The translations under genes were made by a program, and so were the position numbers. The notes under the pieces are model-generated. The model had not been told where the DNA came from, did not search any database, and saw only the letters and a program-made list of their open reading frames with translations. This document shows positions 18,989 through 31,900 of a stretch of DNA of 64,000 nt, piece by piece. This DNA is from Methanomicrobia archaeon. GTDB taxonomy: Archaea; Halobacteriota; Syntropharchaeia; Alkanophagales; Methanospirareceae. The stretch covers positions 5,187 through 69,186 of the forward strand of contig JAFGHB010000040.1 of assembly GCA_016930255.1 (NCBI GenBank), written 5' to 3'. Numbering within the stretch: the stretch's first letter is position 1; each line of letters starts with the position of its first letter.

Positions 18989-19067
18989 TACATTTTAGAA
19001 ATCGTGGGGAGTCCAATAACGGAACGGGAATGAAACAGGTGCATAAGAGGGGGATGATGATGGTACA

Positions 19068-20387
19068 ATGAGAAGAAGCACCCTTTCTCTTTGTTGTAGT
19101 ATTCTATGTCTGGTTATCGTCGCCGTTTCAGTCGGTACGGCAGCGACAACACCATATGTCCCAGAATTCTGGGTTGATACTGGTCATACCGCGGAGTTGA
19201 ACATAACGATGTGGAACGAAACAACGCATAGCTGGGAAGTTCCAAGTGATTCGCTGTATTATATCGAGACGCCGGTTATCATTAACGTGACGAACAAAGA
19301 CGACGAGCCCGTTGAAAATGCAACGGTAACCATTACGGGACACAACACCTACGCGGAGCTAACCACGAACGCCACGGGCATTGCGAATCCTGTTTACACG
19401 TTTGATTATACAGAAATAACACGGGGTGAGCAGCAGATAGCGGTAAAAGCGATAAAGCCCGGATACGCGTACGCGACAGCGATTATCTACGTTGACTATA
19501 GAGGAATCTTGGAGATAAGCGTGCGTACCGATAGCATTTATGTTGATGCTAATATTTGGAATCCCGACAATTCAGATGCTGAGATATACTATACGATTAT
19601 TGTAAGTGATTCTTCAAAGGCTTCGAAAGACCCTGTAGATAGTGTTAATGTTACTATATCTCATGATGCTGACACCGATTACGTTTCGCTGGATTGTATG
19701 CCTCCAGGCTGCAAGATCAATTTTCAAACAGTAGATACCGATGAGAATGGCGAAGTCTCGTTTTCCGTTCACACTACTGAAGTCGGAGAACTCCAAGGCG
19801 CTGTTTTTACGGCAACCGCGGAGAAAGAGGGATACATGTCGGATAGCATGATGTTTACTGCTCCGTTGACGGTTGAGTGTTTCATCGCAACGGCAGCCTA
19901 CGACTCGCCGGTTGATGAGCATCTCGAGGTCTTACGCGCGTTCCGGGATACGGTACTGCTCACCAATCCCGTGGGAAGATTCATCGTGGGCACGTACTAT
20001 ACCACCAGTCCTCCGATCGCGGATGCAGTAGCGGAGAGCGATAATTTGCGTGCGGCAACGCGGCTGTTCCTGCTGACACCGTTAATTTACCTTTCCGCGA
20101 TCTGCCTGAATACGATGGCGTTTGCCGCTTTTGTCGTTCTCATGCTTATCCTGCTCTTCGTACTGAAACGGCACGTGAAAGTGCTCCTGAAGGGCATTGG
20201 CTATGGGGCTTTAACCGTTGCTGCCTTTACGGTTACGGTCTTTACACTGGGCGCACTCGGCTATGAACTCCCAGTCTGTGCAGCGATAGCAGCCTTTTTA
20301 TTGCCCCTGATTATTCCCGCGGCGGTTGCCGTTTGTATAATTGTGTGGATAGAATCGCGATCGCAGTCGATCGCAGTCGAAACCTAA
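19068..20387 (+). CDS. secreted cell-surface protein (paralog B) with extra C-terminal CFIATAAY…LRAFRD domain and TM anchor
   Basis: Paralogous to 18098-18988 over about 270 aa. It adds …CFIATAAYDSPVDEHLEVLRAFRDTVLLTNPVGRFIVGTYYTTSPPIADAV… followed by hydrophobic segments. Confidence 0.7.
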   Translation: MRRSTLSLCCSILCLVIVAVSVGTAATTPYVPEFWVDTGHTAELNITMWNETTHSWEVPSDSLYYIETPVIINVTNKDDEPVENATVTITGHNTYAELTTNATGIANPVYTFDYTEITRGEQQIAVKAIKPGYAYATAIIYVDYRGILEISVRTDSIYVDANIWNPDNSDAEIYYTIIVSDSSKASKDPVDSVNVTISHDADTDYVSLDCMPPGCKINFQTVDTDENGEVSFSVHTTEVGELQGAVFTATAEKEGYMSDSMMFTAPLTVECFIATAAYDSPVDEHLEVLRAFRDTVLLTNPVGRFIVGTYYTTSPPIADAVAESDNLRAATRLFLLTPLIYLSAICLNTMAFAAFVVLMLILLFVLKRHVKVLLKGIGYGALTVAAFTVTVFTLGALGYELPVCAAIAAFLLPLIIPAAVAVCIIVWIESRSQSIAVET

Positions 20388-20607
20388 AACGTTACCGTAG
20401 CCTTTTTAAACGGTGAAAAAACGGAGATTTATTACAGAGATTCGTACCAATTCCATTCCATTCAATTCACTTCACGGCGCTCCTTGAAAAGAAAACCACG
20501 AACGACCCGCGTGGAAAAATCATGACGATTAGAGCAACAAGCAATATTGCCTCCCGTGAGCAATAGCACCTATATTTCATTATATAAGCAACACGCAGGA
20601 TATAGGT

Positions 20608-22936
20608 ATGGCGGAATGCTGCAAGGTCGAACCGAGGGAGCATGCTAGGCAGACTATGAAAAAGAAACGGGAAACGTTACTCCAGGACACCCATGCCCTA
20701 TCCGAAGTGGTGGGTTTCGTCTTGATCATGGGCATTCTCCTTGCTGTAACCTCCATTTACATCGCGCAGCAGGTCCCGGAATTGACGAAGGATTATGAAG
20801 CACGGCACGCAGAAGAGGTCGTCGATGATTTCTCAGACCTGGACTCGCTTGTTGACGGCATCGTGCTCGTTGCCAAACTGGAAGAAGTAACCTCAGGATC
20901 AGCAGCCACCAAATCAATAACGATGTCGCCTGGTAGAGTACCGCTCTTCGGCATGTCTCCCGCGGGCGCAATTCTCTCGTTCTCGCCTTATGAAGAAGCA
21001 CTCTTCACGATCTTACCCTACGCCGGTGGCGGTTCACTTCCTACCGGTCCATCAGCTAACTATTCCATGGAAGAGAGCACGACCGCTAATTTTAGTCATG
21101 CAAACGCAACGAGGGTGAACGTGGACATCTCGTTCGATCAAATCACACTTGCACGCATGGGTATTAGCGGCGATCTCACCCTTAATAATATGGTTACGAC
21201 TCTCAGCGGTGAGCATCAATACGATACGATAACCATCACGAACAACAGCATCGTTTACCTCGTGCCCGGTAATTACCTGAGGCTCTACGCCAATACGATT
21301 CTCATTGACGCCACCTCCTCCGTCATCGCGGATGGCAAGGGTTACGCGGGTGGTGTCGGTGGTCAAATTGGGAGTGGTGCGGGCTTTGGATCCTTTGGCT
21401 TTAACGGTAGTGGCGGCGGTGGTGCTGGCCACGGTGGCGAAGGTGGAGACGGTGGTCGTGGAGGACTCTCCCTGGAAAAGGGAATCGCAACTGATATTGG
21501 GAACGGTGGAATCTTTTACGGTGATAACTTGTCTACATCTTTTGAATTCGGGTCTGGTGGTGGCGGTGGCGGCTATGGTGAGGGAGGTCAAGGAGCACCG
21601 CACCAAGGCCAGGTCGGGGGAACTGGTGGGTACGGTGGCGGAGTCGTGGTACTGGACGCAGCACTGATACGAATTGCTGGTAACATTTCCGCTGACGGTG
21701 ATGATGGGACTGATGGTTCTGAAGCCAAATATGCATCCGGCGGTGGCGGGGGTGGCAGTGGCGGTACCATCCTCATCCGGGGATATGAAGTGAATCTCTC
21801 CTCAGCGACGCTCTCGGCACGAGGTGGTGCAGGGGGCGACGGTGGTACGAGAACTACAGGAAGTGGAAAGAATGGGGCTGGGGGGGGGCGGTGGTGCAGG
21901 CGGGCGAATAAAAATATTTTACGATAATGTATCGCTCTATACCGTTCCATCAAGTCTTCCTGTGAATGGTGGTACCGGTGGTATCAACGGGGGTGTTGGT
22001 GCAGAGGATGGCGTTAACGGAAATTCTGGCATTCCTTACGCGAATGAAACGACATACATCTCTACCGTTCCGCATTATGAAGATGGTTACTACGTCTCCC
22101 GTGTCTATGATACGGGCAATACCACGACGTGCTATGGTAATATGTCATGGGACGCTACGACCGATGAATATACTCCTCTAACGCTGAAAGTACGAACGAG
22201 CATATACCCTGATATGACGGGTGCCGCGCTCTGGCCGAACTGCCCCGTGGTAGCAAATGGACAGGACATCTCCGCGTTATCTTCGGCATTCGATATGCAT
22301 CGATACATTCAGTTCCGCGCAGATTTATCAACCTATGACACCACGACAACGCCCGTTCTGGATTGTGTACGCATCAATTACTCCTCGCACTGCCTTGCGG
22401 GTGACGATGAGGGGGCCGTCATCGATTCGGCTGCCGGCATCGTCAAGTTCCGCAGCAGTTATATCTATTACCCCAACCAGGAAATCTTGTACGAACACGG
22501 AGCGGTGATTCGTGCTCAGACGATCGATGATGAGAAAAAGGGTTTTGTGATTCACGATCCCCCTATTACGATCGGAACGGACAATGCGACCGGTGCGCCT
22601 CTACTGCGGATTTCTATGGTCGATTTAACCGGCTCGAACTATTCCTATGCCGGCTCAAGGAGCGCCTCTGTGGAAACGTCCTACGCTGACTATGTCCATC
22701 TTGCGGGCACCATCGCCTTTGATAATTTGTCCCTTGACTTAACTACGGAGTATCCGTCTATCTGGCAGAGCTGGTTTAATGCGCAGCTTGCAGAATCCGA
22801 CTTAGATGCGTCGTATTATAATCCTCCGGTCGTTAACGAATCCGCAGGAACTGTGGTGGTCGAGTTTTACGGGCACGGATACGGTGTGCAGTTGTACGAG
22901 GAAAAGACCACGGTTAACGTAGAGATAACAACGTAA
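20608..22936 (+). CDS. ~780-aa glycine-rich pilin-like surface protein, reading frame interrupted at a G9 homopolymer
   Basis: N-terminus …MKKKRETLLQDTHA|LSEVVGFVLIMGILLAVTSIY resembles an archaeal pilin N-domain. Body has GGxGG/GDGG-rich repeats. ORFs 20608-21927 (frame 1) and 21824-22936 (frame 2) join by a +1 shift in the G-run at 21880-21888, giving …GKNGAGGG|GGAGGRIKIFYDN… A TATA-like ATTATATAAG lies about 25 nt upstream. Confidence 0.65.
21880..21888 (+). repeat. G9 homopolymer at the frameshift point of the glycine-rich gene
   Basis: ctgGGGGGGGGcgg seen directly in the sequence. Frame 1 gives sensible protein before it and frame 2 after it. Confidence 0.9.
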
Positions 22937-23304
22937 AAGTAGCCGTGCCATAATAAACGTACACTGACAAAATTATTCTTTGAATTCCAACTCTTGTGCG
23001 AAACTCGCGGCCGCTTCTAAATCTCTCTCATGGGGTCTGTCTGCCCTTCTTTACGCCACCTATTAGTCATAGCGGCCATACAGTATCATCAAATACCACG
23101 GCACGAGAATGCGCGCCAATAATGTCGAAACCACGCCCAAAAATGTAGTATTTGTTTGCTCTGCTTTAGCTAGCGGAGGTACAATTTTGAGTTTCTTCTC
23201 AATCGTGATTGTCACCGGATAAGCTTCTTCTCCAACTTTTTTACCACAATTCACTTCTCGCATGCATAATACTACATCAAATTTTCTTTGAGAAGTAAGC
23301 TAAG

Positions 23305-25242
<1,938 letters not shown>

Positions 25243-25280
25243 TTAAATAAAACTTTTCTTTATAACAAGGCGCTTCGAGG

Positions 25281-25706
25281 TTACCTGACGCCCCAGGTCA
25301 GCCGGCTTTCGAAGAGATAATTCAAGAGGAACGCGCAGATAATCCCTACGATATTCGACAACAGGTAATATACGCCCATGTGCTCGGTCAAGAAGTAAAG
25401 AACGCCGATATTGACCGCCAAGCCGCCGGAACGCCAAATATTGCTCTTGATTATGCGTTTCACGAATTGCTCGACGTGCGTGGTTTTTTGCTCCTTGAAG
25501 GTCCAGCGATCGTTCATGAGGAATTGCAGGATAATGGCGATTTCAATGGCGATTGCCGAGGAATAAAGGTAGTACACTCTCGCGACGTCGGTAAAGAGCC
25601 AGAGAAACCACGTGTTAATGCCTGCACCGATAACGCCGACAACTGAGAACTTGGTCAGGCGAAGGAAGTCCGTCTTCAGAGCCACTACGCGATCCGGTAA
25701 TTTCAT
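25281..25706 (-). CDS. GtrA-family small membrane protein
   Basis: Start moved to ATG 25706 (MKLPDRVVALKTDFLRLTKFSVVGVIGAGINTWFLWLF…) because the longer ORF would overlap the tRNA. Four predicted TM helices, GtrA-like. Confidence 0.6.
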   Translation of the reverse strand: MKLPDRVVALKTDFLRLTKFSVVGVIGAGINTWFLWLFTDVARVYYLYSSAIAIEIAIILQFLMNDRWTFKEQKTTHVEQFVKRIIKSNIWRSGGLAVNIGVLYFLTEHMGVYYLLSNIVGIICAFLLNYLFESRLTWGVR

Positions 25707-25780
25707 CGTTCGACCATAGAAGTATAGCGTCACAAAACAAAAGGGTTTTTCTTTTCTCGTGTTAAAAAGAGAAAAAGGAA

Positions 25781-25863
25781 GCGGAGGTTGCCGAGTGGAC
25801 AAAGGCGTGAGGTTCAGGGCCTCATCTCGCAGGGGTTCGGGAGTTCGAATCTCCCCCTCCGCA
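25781..25863 (+). tRNA. tRNA-Leu(CAG): tRNA-Leu (anticodon CAG), type II with long variable arm
   Basis: GCGGAGG acceptor stem, GCC/GGC D-stem, anticodon stem TGAGG/CCTCA with loop TTCAGGG (anticodon CAG). 14-nt variable arm, T-arm GGGAG-TTCGAAT-CTCCC, discriminator A. No encoded CCA. Confidence 0.85.
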
Positions 25864-25921
25864 TAAATAGTTCCTGTATACTCCAGTATTGTGCGATACT
25901 TCCTTGCTCGCCTACCTTTTC

Positions 25922-28900
25922 TCAGTACAACCGTATCGCTGGTATCCAATTTGTGTGAATTTCCCCATTTGCATCTTCAAATGAAGTGCACGTTATCACT
26001 CCACCGGTTGCATTCCATGACGGCTCGTTGATGATCTGCGGGTACGAGCCCGTGCGGATGGTGTAGTAGTAGGTTTCGTTTGCGTGGAGGGTAAAGGATT
26101 CGTTAAACGACAGATTGTGCCAGTCTTCGGAATAACCCTTCCAGTAGGCTTCGGCTATCTTGGTACCATTTGAGTATGAAATAGCAGCGTATTCGGTATG
26201 TCCACCTGTTCCTGGACAGGAATACGTATAAAGCTTCTGCACAATCATCGTTTGATCCGGCGTGATTGTCCCATTGTGTACGCCGCAGATACTCGGATAA
26301 GGATTTGCTGAGGAGCCGGTGTCGAAGACCACCGCTTCAGACACCACATTCCACACCCACGTCTGCATAGCCGTGCCATTTGTATTCGTAGCGATTGCCG
26401 AGACGTTATGCTCACCGACTACTTCCGCATGCAGCCTGTAACTGGCTTCCGTTACGCTCTCATTTGTAAATAGGAACGAACCATTCAGATACCAGCTCAC
26501 GTTTACCGTTTGATTCACCGTCACGTTAAACGTCCTCCAGGTGCAGACGGTATCGTTAACCGGTGATGGAGGTGCGAAGGACGTGATGATTGGCAACAGA
26601 ACTTCTTTGAAATTCCGCAGGCCCGGCGTAGGACCATCGACATCAGCACCACCGGTATTCTCCCAATCACTGCCATCGTCCGTATCTGTGCTCTCCTTGT
26701 CCCTGCCGAGCGATTGCCCCTGAACCGGAGCTTCCGGGTTCGTTCCAGTCCATGAAGTCCCATTCGGCGGCTCATTTGTGTTATTGCCGTATCTCACGAA
26801 GTCTTTACCCGTGCCGTCAGCAGATAGCAGGCTTATACTCTCGTTGGTATTGTACAACACTTCGGAAGTGAACCCACCATAAAGATCCTCTGCAGACGTA
26901 TCAAGCGTGCCTCCGATGTGGAATACGAGATACGAACCAGCTTCTAAAACACCGTCCCAATCAGAATCATTCGCTGGTATGGTGTAGTTCACTGGTATGG
27001 TGTAGTTCAGATCGCCGTCCCCGTCCACGATCCGCCAGCCGGTAAGATTGACCGCAGATTCTCCCGCATTATAAAGCTCGATCCATTCTTCTTTCGCACC
27101 TTGCGTAGCATTTGGATAGGGATAAACTTCGTTTAGCACTATGTGCGACGGCGCGACTGTGAAGCTCGTCTCGGCCACGAGCTTCTCTTCCTCTGTCACC
27201 ATCGCCCGTCCCACGTATTTCGGCAGTTCTATATCGCTTACCTCGAAGGTTACCGGCTGCGGTGTTTCACCTATCTCCAGGCCTTCTGCGGCAATTTCTT
27301 CGTATAACATGCCGCCGCCGGTTTCAATCCTCAACATGGGGTTAACAGAGTGTGTCTCCCCGTCCGTGCTCACGATAGTGGCGTAAACGGTGAGATCATT
27401 TCCGTCCACAACGTGCGTCTCTTCCACTCCTATCGGCGCGGTGTACGTCAGATTCAACACGAGTTTGTCGTAAACGGTTGTTTGGTTAATCGTTCCGTTA
27501 ACCTGCCATGCCGTTACCGAACCAAAGACGCGATCTCTATTCGTGAAGGGATCATACTCAGAGCCGTTTACAAAAAGCACGTCTGGGAACAACTCGCCGG
27601 TATATAGTTCCATTTCCATTATATCACTAAAATTCACTTCTTCTTCCCACTTTGATTCTGGTCTCACATTCGGCTGGGAAATATTATACACCTTGTATAC
27701 TGTTGCATTCGCTAACGAGACGTTTGAAATATTACCGCCTACCGGGAGGTCATACTCAAAATAGAGTAACGGCAATGCGGAGTAATTGTCTTCATCGAAC
27801 ATAAGCCGGTCAATATCCGTGAAGTATATCTCCACAACACTCCCATTGAAATCGTTCATCTCGACGGGCACCGGAACGTCAAAGGTTATAGTAACCTCCC
27901 ACTCCTGAGTCTCTGAATCGAAGACGGGCGTGCCATAGCTCACTTTCCCATCTCCAGAAGCTGGTGGATCTATCTTAACCGAGGAAAGCCCGAAGAGGTT
28001 GAACTCATGTTTCGTCAGTGCGACTGAAGCCTGGGAACTATCATATCTCTTTGTCCAGAGATCGTTTCTATCCAAGGTGTCGATTGCACTTATATAAGCG
28101 CATCCAATCGTTTCTTCCCTAATAATCTCGTCAAGCACCTGTGGTATAAGCTCATCTGACGCTCCTGCTTTTGCAATCGCTGTGGCACCAATATAGGATA
28201 ATGTCCCGTTCCGCAAGAACGCAGTGGTGATGCAATCCTTCTCCCAGATCCTGCTCGAGCCACAACTGGCTGCGATGACCAATGAAGGCGATAACTCCGG
28301 CACTTCGTTTACATCCAGAGTTACATTGTCATCTGATCTAGTATCAGTAGCCTGCCAAATAGTATTTCCAGCAGCATCCTTACTATAAGTATAACCGTTA
28401 AGATTACTTATATCCCAGGTAGAAGTCCAGCTATGTCCGCTATAAAATACAATTCCCTTGCCAGGTAAATTCTTTATCAGAGTGGTATCAATGAGGTCTG
28501 TACTGTTTAAATAATCGTCAACGTCAGGTACATTATCAACGCCTGTGAAAGCTGGATCCTCATCGTACAACCAATCAACTTCCATATATTCAAATTCTGA
28601 TATGTCCTCGTCAACCAGCCCATCACCGTCGTTATCCGTGCCGTCTAAGATCTCTTCATCCACAAACGGCTCGAAATCGCCGGGGAATGGTTTTATCCAG
28701 CCCGGATCCGCATTTAAACCCGCGCGGTCCCCCTCAAAAACAATTTGATCTCCAGCACCCCATTCCCCATCCCTATCTATGTCTCTAAATATCTCAACGT
28801 ATCCAGTGAATGTTCCTGCTGCAAAGCCAGGTTCATCTGCTATGTAGTCATAGTCGTCGTTGAAACCACTTTTTTGTCCATGATACTGTGGAAGGTCTGG

Positions 28901-31900
28901 AATATACTCTATCGGAGCTTCTTTCCACCATCTATCATTGTGGTCGTGGAGCCTTGACCAGTCTGTTCTATCAAAAGCGTACCATGCACTACCCAAACCA
29001 CCCCCATGCGCAGATGGCTTCTCATACAACTGCATTAGATTACCCTTTTTACTACTATCATTCAGTTTATCGCCAGCCCAGACCACAGACTCAAGCCACC
29101 AAACACGGTTATCGGCCCAGCGCCGTTTACCGTCTGTATTGTAGATACCCACCGCCAAGAACTCCCTCTCCCAGTCACCGCGCTCTCCAACGTCGAGCTC
29201 GGCAAATTGTAACGCGCGTGCCATATAGTTCACATTATCTTCGCTATACAGCGGCATTCGTCCACCCGGTAGTATGTTCGTGTGTGCATGGTAATAGCGG
29301 TAATCACTTGCTATCCAATCCTTGTCAGCATCTGTTGGATTAAATTCGAAAGGTTCTTGCTCTATGCCAAACGGCAAAGAACTCGCATCCCCCACCAGGT
29401 AAAGCGTTGCGGGCTGCCATCTGAAGATATAGAGTAAGGTGCGAGTGGCCATATAGGTGGAGATGAAGCCGTTGAGGTCGTGCTCGTGTGCCGCATTGTC
29501 TACAGTGCTTCTTACAAGGTTGGTTAGGGGATATAATCCTGCATAGCTATTATTGGTATAGTTAACCGGTGTACTCACCACATCCCGAACATCAAGAATC
29601 ATTGATTTGTAAAACGCTGCGAGCGGTGCGGCTGCAGCGGAAGAGTTCGCCCATGAATTGGTTACCACAATGCTCGACGACTTGTCACCAAACGCTTCTA
29701 AGACCTCGTTGAACAGATCTGTTGGCCCTCTGTTAGTAAGCGGTTCTACCGCACATCCTTTCACGATCAGCGTCCGGTTCTCTTCCAGATTCAGATTTTT
29801 CGTGTCATTGATTATGGCTCCGACAGCAGTTTTATCATCGGCAATCACGAGGATGAACGTGATGTTCAAGTTCTCGATGAGCTTTTTTGCTTCCATCTGG
29901 TTTTTCAGCAAGGAAGAAGGTGCCATCGGCCAGTTGAGGTAGGAAGCAATGGGTGCACCCATAATCGCGGATTCCCGCGTATCATTGACGATAACGATGC
30001 CCGAGGAGTTCTTCCAGAAGGCCGTAAACGTCTCTTCGGCATTCGAGGTGAAATTGCTGATACTGAGAAAAACAGTCCCGTTTGGATAGTCAATGCCATC
30101 GAACTCGGTCGCGATGTCAAGCAGCTCATTGAGGGACATCGTAATTGGATTGTAATGTCTGGTAGGTGTACCCTTCTTGGACGTTTTGGCATCGTCATCG
30201 AACCATATCGCAATGGGCACGGCGTAGACGGCGCTTTCAATGCTATCGGCTAAATAGCCCCTACCGTCTGCGTCTGCCTTCTTCACGCCTTTACCAAACG
30301 GAAATTCCATCGTGACCGTGTTATTCGTCTTATTCGCATCTGTTACCGTATTATCAGGGTTGATGATAGCCGTGATATTAAAAGGGAAAGGACTGAGCTT
30401 AATCCCTTTTATTGACCATGAGACGTTCCAGCCGTCGAAGGAGACATTGACGCTCGTGTTTGTGGGTATGTCGACCGTTTTATTCTGGATCGCCATGCCG
30501 TTGACCACGAGGCGAACCGTGACGTTGGAAACGTTGAAGGAGGCATTCGTATGAACAGTCACGTTTACCGTGGCATTCTCGCCACTTACCAGTAAGGTAG
30601 GAACGACGAGATTCGATATGTAGAGATCAATCATCAAAGGATGGTAATCGCCGCCATGTGTGATATTCCCGGAGCTGTTATAGGGCAGGAGCGTGTCACC
30701 CAGTTCGTCACCATCCACCTCCTCGCCCGGATAATCGCTCCAGTAGTTGCCACCTAAACAAGGCCCGCCAATGATGTTCGTGCCATTCGCTCTGGTGATA
30801 TTCCAGGTGTTCTCACCGTCGTCGTACGCGTTGTGCATATTGTTGAAGAAGTTGTTGTAGATGAGGTTGTCGTTCGAATAAACCAGAGCTATGCCAAATT
30901 CGAGGTTCGCGTTTACCGTGTTGTTTATAATACGGTTGTCATTCGAAGTATCCAAGCAAATGCCATAGCAGAGGTTATCCGATGCGGTATTGTTTGATAT
31001 GATGTTGGTTCTTGACCAATCCAAGTAGATGCCACTGCCATTGTTGTTCGAGCAGGTATTGTTTGTAATGGTGTTGTAGAACGAGTCATACGAGCCAATG
31101 CCGTCATCTTCATTGTTTGAAGCAGTATTATTTGCTACAGTATTGTTTTCAGAAAAAAACAAAACGATGCCATCGTAGTTCATCGATACATTGTTGTTTG
31201 TAATGGTGTTCTCAGAACCGCCCCCGCTGATACCATAATAATTATTTGTCAATGTATTGTTACTAAGGGTATTATTACAGCCATCCAACTTTATTCCTGA
31301 ACTCATGCCTCCAACAGTGCCGTAAGCCCCGAAACCATAGCGAAGTGCATCGCCAACACTGGCGTTTAGCTCTCCTAACGGGATCTTAAACTCGTATATA
31401 CGGTGCTCGTAGGGCACGGAGGAGGTGTACTGGAATCCGATGGCACCCCATTCGGTCTCCATACAGGAGACACGGAACTCGCGCAGTGCTCCGTCCACCA
31501 TCACAAAAATCGCGCCCCAATCTTCCTCGTCCGGCGTATTGTCTGGCGTGACCTCAACGGCAGCATACAAATACGCGCCGTCGCTGTGTAACCAGCCGTA
31601 GGTGTAGCCGTCAGGATGCGGTGTATCAGGCCTCCAGAAGACACTGAAGTCAGGTTCCTCCCGCTCTTCAAGCACACCATCCACCTTGATGCCACCATCG
31701 TCAACAATGGTGTGCGAGAGCGTATACCCCTTACGAAGCAGAGGATAATAGAGGGGACTGCCATGACTCTTCCCGAGGTCCTCTTCCATTGCACGCATCA
31801 CCAACGTGGTATTCTCAGGCACGTTCTCCCAGCTTATCTCCACCGTGCTATTCCAGGCGTCGCAGACATCGTACTCAGGAGTGCGTATTTTATACAACAC

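Noticed and set aside
21052-21953. Minus-strand ORFs of 184 and 121 aa inside the glycine-rich gene
   Set aside because: Antisense to GGN-rich coding sequence; Pro/Thr-rich translations are artefacts.
25281-25949. Full 222-aa ORF overlapping the tRNA-Leu gene
   Set aside because: Its upstream part would run through the tRNA on the opposite strand. Only the GtrA-like part from ATG 25706 is kept.
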